A stretch of 64,000 nucleotides of DNA from Armatimonadota bacterium. GTDB taxonomy: Bacteria; Armatimonadota; Fimbriimonadia; Fimbriimonadales; GBS-DC. A program made the translations under genes and the position numbers. Shown piece after piece: positions 9,069 to 18,653 of the stretch. Numbering within the stretch: the first letter of the stretch is position 1; each line of letters opens with the position of its first letter. The notes under the pieces are model-generated. The model was not told where the DNA came from. It made no database searches and saw nothing but the letters and a program-made list of their open reading frames with translations. The stretch spans positions 40,486-104,485 of the forward strand of contig JBBIJY010000008.1 in NCBI GenBank assembly GCA_037445735.1. Reading direction: 5' to 3'.

Positions 9069-9689
9069 ATGACGAAGAGGCATCTGATAGTGAGTGTCAG
9101 TTCATGGGCGGAAGAAAAGGTTCCCTTTACAATTTGTCAGAATCTTACAGGGAAATTGCTCTTCCGTCCCTTTCTACGGCATCGTGTGGGTGATGCACCT
9201 GTATTTGACCTCGTGCTGGCTGCAGAGCCTCAAAAGCGGCTGCAGTGGTGTGGGCATGGTGCGCTACCATTCAACACCTATCTCGCTGTGGGGCAAATCA
9301 CTGCTTGCTATAAGCCTGATTGGCGCTGTGGTCGCGCACGGCGCACTGATCTGGAAATTGTGCTGGATTGCGAACTGCCACTCCACTCGGCTCAGGTGGG
9401 AGATGAATATTGCATTTTCGGCGCCGCTCCTTATGTCCCTTTCAAGGCGTTGAAGCCAGGTACATGGCTGGCAGGTTTAGGGCAACTGAGCTTCACCCCC
9501 TGTTGCCAGACTGAAACATGTGTGGCAGTACGCTTGTTGTCGCGCTGGATTGTAGATCTGCGCGTCGATTCGCCCACCTTCGGTTGCCTTATCCCGTGGG
9601 AGTTTGGTGCTGCCTTACCTTTTGATGACACGCACCTTATAGACTCAATGAACTATTATGTGGTGGAGGTCTCTCAGGGGACAGATTAG
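9069..9689 (+). CDS. Hypothetical Cys-rich protein, lower GC
   Basis: 206-aa ORF filling the gap between aroF and the NHL gene; no motif recognised. Confidence 0.5.
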   Translation: MTKRHLIVSVSSWAEEKVPFTICQNLTGKLLFRPFLRHRVGDAPVFDLVLAAEPQKRLQWCGHGALPFNTYLAVGQITACYKPDWRCGRARRTDLEIVLDCELPLHSAQVGDEYCIFGAAPYVPFKALKPGTWLAGLGQLSFTPCCQTETCVAVRLLSRWIVDLRVDSPTFGCLIPWEFGAALPFDDTHLIDSMNYYVVEVSQGTD

Positions 9690-9728
9690 ACGCAGCTGCC
9701 ATGCTGGGTATACTGAAAGTGCGCTGAT

Positions 9729-11717
9729 ATGAATCGAATCGGCTGGATGGTGGGGCTGGGGTTATTGTTGATCGGGATCGGCTGGTGGCTGATGCGCCCC
9801 AGAGCCAGCCCCATCGAACAGCCACAGGAGGCACCCGCGATGCAGGATCGGCTAACCGCGCCCGATTTTCCCGAAGGGCTGGAATGGCTCAACACCGACC
9901 GACCGCTCAGCCTGCGCGACCTGCGCGGCAAAGTGGTGCTGCTCGACTTCTGGACCTACTGCTGCATCAACTGCATGCACATCCTGCCCGACCTCAAACG
10001 GCTGGAACGCAAATATCCCGACGAGCTGGTGGTCATCGGTGTCCACTCCGCCAAGTTCTTCACCGAGCAGGACTCGCGCAACATCCGTCAGGCGATTTTG
10101 CGCTATGAGATTGAGCATCCCGTCGTGAACGATAACCAGATGCTCATCTGGGATCGCTACGGTGTGCGCGCCTGGCCCACACTGGTGCTGATCGACCCGC
10201 AGGGCAAAATCGTCTATTACCGTTCGGGCGAGGGGGTCTATGCGGCGTTTGACCCGATTATCGCGAAGGTGATAGCGGAGTTCGACAGGCGCGGTCTGCT
10301 GGATCGCACGCCGCTCAGGTTCAAGCTGGAGCGCGAGCGCAAGCCCGTCACCCCGCTCAACTTCCCTGGCAAGGTGCTGGCAGATGAAGCCACCAATCGC
10401 CTCTTTATTGCCGATTCGAATCACCATCGCATCGTGGTGCTGTCGCTGAAGGACAACAGCGTGCAGATGGTGATTGGCAGTGGTCAGCCGGGCTTGCAGG
10501 ATGGCGATTTTGATGCTGCCCGCTTTCGCAACCCGCAGGGTATGGCGTTTGACCCTGCCACCGAAACGCTCTATATTGCCGACACCGACAATCACGCCAT
10601 TCGCAAAGCCGACCTGCGCACACGCAGGGTGGAGACGCTGGCGGGCACAGGCGAACAGAGCCGCTTCTACCCACCGCAGGCAGGCGCTGGCAAGCAGACC
10701 GCGCTCAGCTCCCCATGGGATGTGGTGCTGCATGGGGAGATGCTCTATATCGCGATGGCGGGCTGCCACCAGCTCTGGCGACTGAACCTGCGCACGGGTC
10801 GCGTCGAGCCGCACGCAGGTACAGGGCGCGAAGCGCTCATCGATGCGCCGCTGGCTATGGCGGCGCTGGCACAACCCTCGGGCATCGCCACCGACGGCAC
10901 GCGCCTCTATTTTGCCGATAGCGAGGTCAGCAGCATTCGCGCCGCCGATATCGACCCGAACGGGCGTGTGGAGACGCTGGTCGGCGGCGACCTGTTCGAC
11001 TTCGGCGACCGCGATGGCGTCGGGCGGGAGGCACGCCTGCAGCATCCACTCGGCGTCGCTTACTATAATGGCATGCTCTATGTCGCCGACACCTACAACA
11101 ACAAAATCAAGCGCCTGGATCCCCGCACGCGGCGCATCGAGACATTTCTGGGCACGGGCGAAGAGGGCGCACGCGACGGTGAGAACCCCACCTTCGATGA
11201 GCCAGGCGGACTGAGCGTGGCGCACGGCAAGCTCTACATCGCGGACACCAACAACCACCGCATTCGTGTGGCGGATTTGCAGACCCGTCGCGTGTCGACG
11301 CTGGTCATCCGGGGGCTGGAGCAGCTGAAACCGCCAGCGGCAGTGATGCGCCCGCAGGTGATGGAGCTGCCCGAAGCGGCGGTCGCGCCTGAAAACAGCC
11401 GTCTGCGCCTGCAGATTCGCCTGCCGGACGGCTACAAGCTCAATCCGAACGCTCCGTCGCGCGTATCTATCAAGGTTAGCGGTGCCACCGTCGATGGGCA
11501 AACCGAGATCAACCGTCCCCTGACCACCACCACGCTGGAGCTGCCGCTGAAACTCAGCGGGCGTACCGCCACGCTGGAGATCGACCTGCTGCTTTACTAC
11601 TGCCAGAGCGGGCGCGAGGCACTCTGCTTCATTCGCGAAGCCCAGCTCAAACAGCCCCTGCGACAGAATGGCAACTCCGCCACCGTCTCCATCGAATACA
11701 CCGTGGCGCCGCCCTGA
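9729..11717 (+). CDS. Membrane-anchored thioredoxin-like + NHL-repeat protein (NHLRC2/SOQ1-like)
   Basis: N-terminal TM; LLDFWTYCCINCMH, GVHSAKF; repeated YIADT.NH/N.IR beta-propeller motifs; C-terminal beta domain. Confidence 0.9.
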   Translation: MNRIGWMVGLGLLLIGIGWWLMRPRASPIEQPQEAPAMQDRLTAPDFPEGLEWLNTDRPLSLRDLRGKVVLLDFWTYCCINCMHILPDLKRLERKYPDELVVIGVHSAKFFTEQDSRNIRQAILRYEIEHPVVNDNQMLIWDRYGVRAWPTLVLIDPQGKIVYYRSGEGVYAAFDPIIAKVIAEFDRRGLLDRTPLRFKLERERKPVTPLNFPGKVLADEATNRLFIADSNHHRIVVLSLKDNSVQMVIGSGQPGLQDGDFDAARFRNPQGMAFDPATETLYIADTDNHAIRKADLRTRRVETLAGTGEQSRFYPPQAGAGKQTALSSPWDVVLHGEMLYIAMAGCHQLWRLNLRTGRVEPHAGTGREALIDAPLAMAALAQPSGIATDGTRLYFADSEVSSIRAADIDPNGRVETLVGGDLFDFGDRDGVGREARLQHPLGVAYYNGMLYVADTYNNKIKRLDPRTRRIETFLGTGEEGARDGENPTFDEPGGLSVAHGKLYIADTNNHRIRVADLQTRRVSTLVIRGLEQLKPPAAVMRPQVMELPEAAVAPENSRLRLQIRLPDGYKLNPNAPSRVSIKVSGATVDGQTEINRPLTTTTLELPLKLSGRTATLEIDLLLYYCQSGREALCFIREAQLKQPLRQNGNSATVSIEYTVAPP

Positions 11718-11793
11718 CCCTGGGTGTGCCGCACATCCGCTGACGTGGCAGGCTGGCTGTCATCCTGCGCGGGGGTAAGCAGCGTGAGACGCG

Positions 11794-11820
11794 GCAGGAA
11801 TCGACGATTGCGGGGCGAAT
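11794..11820 (+). promoter_or_regulatory. SigH-like promoter GCAGGA-N17-GAAT
   Basis: Exact 17-nt spacing, 13 nt before the PhyH start; recurs upstream of several genes. Confidence 0.6.
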
Positions 11821-11833
11821 CTTTTCAGGTGCT

Positions 11834-12802
11834 ATGCCGTACCTGCCATACGCAGTGGAGCGCCCCGACCGCTATCGGGTGCGGGTGGAGCAGTATGTTC
11901 ACTATCGGCGTGAGGGCTACCTGAAGGTGGAGGGGCTGGTTCCACCTGAAGATGTGGCGCGCCTGCGCGAATGGGCAGACTCACGCTGGCAACCGCCCGA
12001 ATCGCTGGAGCAGCCCGAAAAAGCCGCCCTCCACCAGGTGCCAAAGGGCACGCGCGTGCACCAGATCCATCGCGTCGATCCCGTCGCCGAGTGGGGATTG
12101 CTGCACCCGCGCGTTCTGGATGTGCTGGAAGCCCTCATCGGTCCCGATGTGCTGGCTCTGCAGACGATGCTGTTCTACAACCCGCCGGGCACGGGCGGTC
12201 AGGGCTGGCATCAGGATTCGTTCTACATCACGACCTATCCCGATACGCTGATTGGCGCGTGGCTGGCGATTGACCCCGCCGACGAGGAGAACGGCTGCCT
12301 GTGGGTCATTCCCGGCTCGCACTGTGAACCGATCTATCCGCCACCCTACACGCCGTTCGGGCAGGTGCATGCGGCGAACGCCTTCGAAGATTTGCACGCG
12401 GTGGAGAATGTGAGCCATCTGGACGACGAGCTGAACACGCTGACGCGCGTTGCCCGCAAATATCCGCCGCCCATCCCTGTGCCGATGGCGCCGGGCGATG
12501 TGCTGTTCTTTGACGGGCATCTGCTGCATCGTTCCTATCCGAACCGCACGCGGGATCGGTGGCGGCGCTCATTTGTGTGCCACTACTGCAACGCGCGCTC
12601 GTGGGTGCCGTGGAATCATGGGGAGCCGTTCGAGGGCGACAGCGCGAACTATCTGCACATTCTGGCGCGGGGCAGCACGCACCTGCCGTATGCCCGCCCG
12701 AAGTTCGGCACGCGCGTCGACCTCTACTCGCCCGATCTGGCGCCGGGCGCACCGCCCCCACGCATGATGGGCGACACCGAAGGGAATATGGGCATGGGAT
12801 GA
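11834..12802 (+). CDS. Phytanoyl-CoA dioxygenase (PhyH) family Fe(II)/2OG enzyme
   Basis: WHQD, AWLAIDPADEENGCLWVIPGSH, GDVLFFDGHLLHRS.PN..RR. Confidence 0.92.
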   Translation: MPYLPYAVERPDRYRVRVEQYVHYRREGYLKVEGLVPPEDVARLREWADSRWQPPESLEQPEKAALHQVPKGTRVHQIHRVDPVAEWGLLHPRVLDVLEALIGPDVLALQTMLFYNPPGTGGQGWHQDSFYITTYPDTLIGAWLAIDPADEENGCLWVIPGSHCEPIYPPPYTPFGQVHAANAFEDLHAVENVSHLDDELNTLTRVARKYPPPIPVPMAPGDVLFFDGHLLHRSYPNRTRDRWRRSFVCHYCNARSWVPWNHGEPFEGDSANYLHILARGSTHLPYARPKFGTRVDLYSPDLAPGAPPPRMMGDTEGNMGMG

Positions 12803-15435
12803 GGCGCGAATGGCTGCTCGCACTGCTGTGGGGGCTGATGGGCACATCGGCACAGGCTGAACCGCGCCTGCGATTCGATGGCGTGTTCACGCGCCAGGCG
12901 GTGCTGCGCCCCGGCGAAACGGCGGAGGGCATCGCTTTCATCCGCAACATCGGCAAAGATACATGGCGCGGCGACACCCTGCGCCTGGAGCTGACCCCGA
13001 TTCAGGATGCGCAGGTGCTCAAACGCCCCGAAGCCGACTTCGAGCAGCTGGAGCCGGGCGAGCGGGGCGCAGTGCGCTTTCGCATCCGTGTGGGGGCGCA
13101 ACCGAAGCTGGCGCTGCTGCTGCGCTCCCGCGCGGGCAACGACGCCTTCATCCTGATGCCTGTGGTCGCCAGCCTGCCGCCCGATGTGCCCGCTTCAGGG
13201 CGCCTCGCCCGCAAGTTCGGCTCACACCTCGTGCTGCAGAACGAGCAGCTGCGCCTGGTGCTGAGTCCCGCATCGGCGTCAGGGCTGTGTGCGCGGCTGT
13301 TCGGCAGGCAGGGCGAGCGCTGGGTGCTGCTGGCTACCATGCCGACCATCGCCGACGCGATTCTGAACGCCGAGAACGCGCCGCCGAAGCCTGCGCCCTT
13401 CATGCTGGAAGACGCCTCGCTGGATGAGCCGAACCTGCGCCTGCTGCTGCAGGGGCGGATGGGGCTGGTCGGGCGCGTTCAGATCGAGTTTCGCCTGAAC
13501 GCCAATCGGCTGGAGTGCCTTGCCCGCCTGACCAGCATCGTGAATGCGCATCTCTATCGGTTCTGTTTCCCCGACTGGCGCATCGGCGACGGCTCATTCG
13601 GCGAGCGCAAAGAGGAGGCGCTCTTTCCCGGACTGGAGTATCTGCTCGACGGTGAGCGCTCTTCGGGTGAGGCGAACGCCGCGCCTCCGCACCATCTGCG
13701 CTTTGCGCCCCATCCGTACAAAATCACGATACCGATGATGGCACTACGCTGGCGCAACTGGCTCGTTCAGCTGAGCTGGGACGCTCAGCGGAGCTGGTCA
13801 GGCGTGCTGACCGCGCCGAACGCGCTTTTTCTCTCGCCCAACTGGCTGGAGGGCGGCGCGCATCACCGCTTCGCGCTGTGGGTGCCCACCATCCCGCGCT
13901 GGGCAGATGAAAACAGCCTGCAGGCGCGTGAGCCGTTCCGCATGCTTAAAGAGGAACCCGTCACGCTCAGCGCGACGCTGATGGTGCGCTCCGGATCCCG
14001 CGACAGCAGCGAGGCAGTGGAAACCTATCTCCAGCAGTACGGCGTGCCCTATCCGCCCGCGCCCCAGCGCAACGACGCTCAGGCGCTGACGCTCAGCCTC
14101 AAAGGGCTGATTAACAGCTGGGACGCCAATCAGCGTGCGTGGCGACACACCAACACGGGACCCGTGTTCTATGACCCGCTGGTCGCGCTCGGCTTGTGGG
14201 TGCTGGCGCATCGGTTGCCACCCGACGATTCGAACCGTCAGCGCGCCGTTGAGCAGGTGCGCTCGGCGGCGGAAGCCGTCGGTCCCGAATCGCTCGGCTG
14301 GGAACTGGCGTTCTATGTGGGGCGGTTGCCCACCGTGCTGAACAGCTGGGCACAGAGCATTCGTGCGACGGTACGGGCGCAGCGGGACGACGGCAGCTGG
14401 GCATGGCAGCCGCCCAGCGAGCGGCATGCGCGGCTCGGCAAAGCGGGCGACACCTCCAGCGGATACACGGGCGAGCGGGCAGCGCAGGTCGGACGCTACG
14501 CGCTTGCCACTCTGGAACCTGACGCGCTGCAGAGCCTGCGCCGCGCGCTCCGCTACCTCGCCCAGCAGCGTCGCCCCGAAGGCGCCCAGACATGGGAGCT
14601 ACCCCTGCATGTGCCTGACCTGCTCGCCGCGCCGCACGGCATCAACGCCTGCCTGAACGCCTGTGAAGCGACGGGCGACGCTCAATACCTTCAGCAGGCG
14701 CGGCGCTGGGCGCTGCGCGGCGTGCCCTTCATCTACCTCTGGCGGGCAGCTGATCGCCCCATCATGCTCGGCGCCAGCATCCCCGTGTTCGGCGTTACTT
14801 GGCTCTCCCAGCAGCCGTGGTTCGGCGTCGCCGTGCAGTGGAACGGACTGGTGTACGCCCATGCGCTCTACCGCCTTGCAGAGTACGACACCACCCTCGC
14901 CTGGCGTCAGCTGGCGGACACCATCACCATGTGTGCCGTTCAACAGCAGGAGTGGATCACCGAGCGCTATCCCGCCGATGAGGGCTTCTATCCCGATGCG
15001 TTCAGCATCACGCGCGGCACCGAGGAGTATCACTGGGATTTGAACCCGCGCCTGATCCCGCCCTGCCTCGCCCGCAAAATGGGCTTTGCGATTGAGCCAG
15101 TCACGCGCGTGGTGCGTGCCGACGGACGCCCGATCGCCGTCACCGCGCCCGGCTTGAAAAACGCGCGCTGGGAGGCGAACCGCCTGACCCTCGAGATAGA
15201 GCCGCCCGCGGAACTGCCCGCGCTGTTTGTGCTGGTCAGCGGACTGCCATCAGCAGAGCAGGTGCTGCTCAACGGTCAGCCGCTGTCCCCCGTGAACGAC
15301 ATGGACACGCTCATCTGGCAGCAGCCGAGCCTGATCAGCGGCTATGCCCGCCACCCGAAAGGGATGATTATCCGAATCGTGAACCCCACGCCCACCCTCA
15401 ACCTTCAGCTCCCCTTGAAGGGGGAGGGGGATTAA
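12799..15435 (+). CDS. Large secreted hypothetical protein, possible alpha/alpha-barrel enzyme
   Basis: Signal peptide MRREWLLALLW..AQA; ATGA overlap with the PhyH stop; QRDDGSW and TGDAQYLQQARRWA helical-barrel-like motifs. Confidence 0.75.
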   Translation: MRREWLLALLWGLMGTSAQAEPRLRFDGVFTRQAVLRPGETAEGIAFIRNIGKDTWRGDTLRLELTPIQDAQVLKRPEADFEQLEPGERGAVRFRIRVGAQPKLALLLRSRAGNDAFILMPVVASLPPDVPASGRLARKFGSHLVLQNEQLRLVLSPASASGLCARLFGRQGERWVLLATMPTIADAILNAENAPPKPAPFMLEDASLDEPNLRLLLQGRMGLVGRVQIEFRLNANRLECLARLTSIVNAHLYRFCFPDWRIGDGSFGERKEEALFPGLEYLLDGERSSGEANAAPPHHLRFAPHPYKITIPMMALRWRNWLVQLSWDAQRSWSGVLTAPNALFLSPNWLEGGAHHRFALWVPTIPRWADENSLQAREPFRMLKEEPVTLSATLMVRSGSRDSSEAVETYLQQYGVPYPPAPQRNDAQALTLSLKGLINSWDANQRAWRHTNTGPVFYDPLVALGLWVLAHRLPPDDSNRQRAVEQVRSAAEAVGPESLGWELAFYVGRLPTVLNSWAQSIRATVRAQRDDGSWAWQPPSERHARLGKAGDTSSGYTGERAAQVGRYALATLEPDALQSLRRALRYLAQQRRPEGAQTWELPLHVPDLLAAPHGINACLNACEATGDAQYLQQARRWALRGVPFIYLWRAADRPIMLGASIPVFGVTWLSQQPWFGVAVQWNGLVYAHALYRLAEYDTTLAWRQLADTITMCAVQQQEWITERYPADEGFYPDAFSITRGTEEYHWDLNPRLIPPCLARKMGFAIEPVTRVVRADGRPIAVTAPGLKNARWEANRLTLEIEPPAELPALFVLVSGLPSAEQVLLNGQPLSPVNDMDTLIWQQPSLISGYARHPKGMIIRIVNPTPTLNLQLPLKGEGD

Positions 15436-15465
15436 GGAGGCTCCCCCTCCCGGTGGGAAAATGGG
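15409..15465. repeat. Degenerate palindromic repeat between convergent genes
   Basis: CTCCCCTTGAAGGGGGAG hairpin forms the last codons (LPLKGEGD) of the upstream gene. Confidence 0.5.
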
Positions 15466-15472
15466 TTGAAAC

Positions 15473-16660
15473 TCAGAGGCGGCTGGCAGAGGAACCCGCC
15501 TCGATGAGGTACCAGCGGTCACCCACGCGCTCGAAGGTATAGGAGATATAGACCAGCCGCAGGGTTCCCGTCGCCTCGTCGATGTAGCGGTGTTCACCGC
15601 GCACTACCATCTGGCTCTCGCCGCGCTTGCTGACGCGATAGAAGGTGAGCTGCTCGGTTTTGACAGCGCGAATCGCATCGCGGGTGATAGCCAGGAAGTC
15701 CTCCGCCGGCAGCGAGTAGGCGTATTTGCCCTCCAGATAGATGGCGATGTAGCTGTTCGGTCGGATGTAGCGCTCCAGCAGGCTGGGATCGCGCAGGATC
15801 CATGCGTGGCGGATGTCGCTCAGCAGCTGCTGGCGGTCATCCACAGACTGGCTGGGTCGCTCCAGATAGTAAGGCGTCGTGATGTAGACGGGCACCTCCA
15901 CATAGATGACATGCGGGGGCGGGATATAGACAATGCGATAGACCGGAATAAAGGGCGGGCACGGATCATAGTACCAGTAGGGCGCGTAGCAGACGCGGTA
16001 TGGCTCCGGTGTGTAGCAGTAGTAGCGGTAGCCGAAGCTGAAGGCGCCGCCGCGATACTCGTAGTAGAACTCGTAGCCCGACGAGCGCGGAGGCAGAATG
16101 ACAAATCGCTGCCAGCGGCGCGGGTCGAGCCCCTCGGTGCGGCTGACCAGCGCGGGCAGGTTCCCCTCGCTCAGCGGCACAGGACGGTTCAGCACAGGCT
16201 GGGAGTTAATCGGCACCGGCTGGGAGTTGAGCGGCACGCGCTGGGGATTGTTCAGCACAGGCTGAGAGTTAAGGGGCACCTGGCGCGGATCTGGTGGCGG
16301 GGTGTAGGGATTGCCCTGCGGGTTGCCAAACCCACCCGGTTGCTGATCGCGTGGCTTTTTGCGGAACGGGTCATTATCAGGCGGCGGTGCAGGTTGATTG
16401 GCAGGTTGCGGGTTGCTGTAGCCGCGATTCGGGTTCACCGGCTGAGGCTTGTTGCCGCCCTGATTGTCGACGGGGCGCGGCTTGTTGCCATCGTCCCTGT
16501 GAAACGGTGAGGACTGCCCCTCGTTCGCGCTGCGCGTCGGCGCAGGCTTGTTGTCCCCCTTCTTGCCTTCGGTCTTGCCTGCCAGCTTTTTGAGGTCGTC
16601 GGCTGCCGCAAGGCTCAGGGAGAGCGCAACGATGCTCACCAGACTCAGAATCCGTATCAT
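15473..16660 (-). CDS. Secreted Pro/Asn-rich, Tyr-rich protein with C-terminal NTF2-like domain
   Basis: Signal peptide; VPLNSQPV tandem repeats; YY/PYW-rich segment; C-terminal YTFERVGDRWYL; TATAAT upstream. Confidence 0.75.
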   Translation of the reverse strand: MIRILSLVSIVALSLSLAAADDLKKLAGKTEGKKGDNKPAPTRSANEGQSSPFHRDDGNKPRPVDNQGGNKPQPVNPNRGYSNPQPANQPAPPPDNDPFRKKPRDQQPGGFGNPQGNPYTPPPDPRQVPLNSQPVLNNPQRVPLNSQPVPINSQPVLNRPVPLSEGNLPALVSRTEGLDPRRWQRFVILPPRSSGYEFYYEYRGGAFSFGYRYYCYTPEPYRVCYAPYWYYDPCPPFIPVYRIVYIPPPHVIYVEVPVYITTPYYLERPSQSVDDRQQLLSDIRHAWILRDPSLLERYIRPNSYIAIYLEGKYAYSLPAEDFLAITRDAIRAVKTEQLTFYRVSKRGESQMVVRGEHRYIDEATGTLRLVYISYTFERVGDRWYLIEAGSSASRL

Positions 16661-16788
16661 TCTGGATCACCGTCCTTCGATATTATACCCCACAGTGGGG
16701 ATGCCGAACTGCATCTTTTGGCACGCCATCGAGTAAGACGCCGGGTGGGTCATGATGTTTCACCCGTGAAAAGGTAAACTTCTGGCGC

Positions 16789-17547
16789 ATGGACGGCATC
16801 ATTCTGGTGATGCTGGTGTGGCTACTGGCGGCGTTGTGGGTGTTCGCGCTCATTATGATGGGCATTACGGGCGATATATCGCCCTCGGAGGCGATTCTGG
16901 GTTCGGCGATTGCCGTGCTGCTGGCGTTCGCCGCCGCCCGTCAGGCGTTTCCCTACGCGGGGCTGTTCGCGTTGCTCACGCTCAGCATCGGCGCAGTCGC
17001 CCTGCCTGTGGGACGCAACTATCTCAATCGTCAGGCGCACGCCCAGATCGATTCGGAGCTGATGGAGCGCGCCTGCCGCGCCGTCGAGTTCGACCCGAAA
17101 AACTGGGGCGCGCTCATCCAGCTGGCAAACCTGTGCTATCGACACGACCTGATGGAGCATGCAGTGCATTACATGGAGCAGGCGGTGCAGATGGCACCGC
17201 TCTATACCTATAGCGAGAAGCGCACCCTGCGCGACTGGCAGCACGAGTTAGACCAGTTCGGCAGGCGATACGGCTTCACGCCATGTTTGAACTGCGGCAT
17301 GCGCAACCCGATTGGCGCGTTGCGCTGTGCCCAGTGTGGTGAGCTGCTGCTGCCCCTGCTGGTGCGCGGACGCTGGATTCCCAAACGGCTGATGGTCAAA
17401 GTGGTGCGCGTGTGGGTCATCAGCACGGTGGGCGTCAGCGCGAGCCTGATTGCCGCCGATCACCTGCCTGGCACGGTGGCGGTCGTCGCTGTGCCGCTGA
17501 TTCTGCTGTTGACGGGAGGCTCGATTCTGTGGGTGTTGCGCAGGTGA
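16789..17547 (+). CDS. Membrane protein with TPR-like helices and zinc ribbon
   Basis: N- and C-terminal TM helices; FDPKNWGALIQLA; CLNC..CAQC. Confidence 0.75.
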   Translation: MDGIILVMLVWLLAALWVFALIMMGITGDISPSEAILGSAIAVLLAFAAARQAFPYAGLFALLTLSIGAVALPVGRNYLNRQAHAQIDSELMERACRAVEFDPKNWGALIQLANLCYRHDLMEHAVHYMEQAVQMAPLYTYSEKRTLRDWQHELDQFGRRYGFTPCLNCGMRNPIGALRCAQCGELLLPLLVRGRWIPKRLMVKVVRVWVISTVGVSASLIAADHLPGTVAVVAVPLILLLTGGSILWVLRR

Positions 17548-18647
17548 TAAGACGGCTCCGATATACCCTGCCGCCCTTCACGCGGCTGGACCGCTACCTG
17601 CTGCGTGAGATGCTGGTGCCGCTGGGTATCGGCACGGGCGCGGTCGTGCTGATGCTCATCGGCAACCTGCTGTTTAACTACGCGCAGATATTTTTCAGCT
17701 ACGGTGTGCCGCTGATGGCGGTGGCGCAGCTGGTGCTGTATTACACGCCCTACCTGCTGGTGTTGAGCCTGCCCGTAGGGACAGCGGTCGCGGTGTCGCT
17801 CACGGTCAATCGTCTCACGCGCGACAGCGAGATCACCGTGATGCGCATGGCGGGTATTAGCCTGCGCCGAATCTTTTTGCCGCTGCTGCTGATGGGGCTG
17901 CTGCTGTCGGGGCTGAACTACTGGCTGAACGAGCGCGTGGTGCCGCCCGCGATGCGCCAGTTCTATCGGTTGCGCAACCGCATGTTGCTGCTGGCGCCCG
18001 TGCCGACCATCACCAGCAACGCCGTGCTGAAGGTACAGAACTACGCGGTGGTGATTGGCATCGCGCAGGAGACGGGTGGGCGCGTGCTGATGGAGGAGGT
18101 GATCCTGATTGAGCAGCGCGGGCGGGGCGAATGGCTGGTGATTCAGGCGCCGCGCGGCACCTACAAAGACGGCATCTGGGAGCTGGAACGCCCGAAACTG
18201 CACTACTATCGCGCCGATGGCACTGTGATCGATGTGCGCTCGCCCCGAAAACTTGTGCTGAACCTGCAGGTTGCCCTGCAGGACTTTTTCGCCGCGCCTG
18301 AACCCGAGGAGCTGACCCGTGCGCAGTTAGGCGAGCAGATCGAGCGCAATCGGCAGATGGGCGCTCGCAACCCGCGGCTGGAGGTGAGTTACCATCTGAA
18401 GGTGGCGGTGCCTGTGGCGTGTTTCATTCTGGCGCTGTGCAGTCCGATGTTGAGCCTGTGGCTGGCGCGGGCAGGCAGCTTCGTCGGCGTGCTGCTGGCT
18501 ATCGTGCTGGTGTTCGTGTTCTGGAACACACTGCTGCTCTTTCAGATTCTGGGCAATCAGGGTCTGTTGCCGCCGATGCTGGCGGCGTGGATGCCCAACC
18601 TGCTGTTTGGCGCGGGCGGGTTTTATCTGCTCTATCGTTCCGAATAG
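17544..18647 (+). CDS. LptF/LptG family permease
   Basis: LDRYLLREML, RLTRDSEITVMRMAGISLRR, PMLAAWMPNLLF; GTGA overlap. Confidence 0.9.
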   Translation: MIRRLRYTLPPFTRLDRYLLREMLVPLGIGTGAVVLMLIGNLLFNYAQIFFSYGVPLMAVAQLVLYYTPYLLVLSLPVGTAVAVSLTVNRLTRDSEITVMRMAGISLRRIFLPLLLMGLLLSGLNYWLNERVVPPAMRQFYRLRNRMLLLAPVPTITSNAVLKVQNYAVVIGIAQETGGRVLMEEVILIEQRGRGEWLVIQAPRGTYKDGIWELERPKLHYYRADGTVIDVRSPRKLVLNLQVALQDFFAAPEPEELTRAQLGEQIERNRQMGARNPRLEVSYHLKVAVPVACFILALCSPMLSLWLARAGSFVGVLLAIVLVFVFWNTLLLFQILGNQGLLPPMLAAWMPNLLFGAGGFYLLYRSE

Positions 18648-18653
18648 GCTCGG

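Noticed and set aside
6425-9689. Prophage or integrative island
   Set aside because: No integrase, att site or phage genes; aroF lies in the middle
9852-11501. Long antisense ORFs (also 34653-36044, 45129-46703, 50499-51668)
   Set aside because: Shadow frames of well-supported genes, expected at high GC
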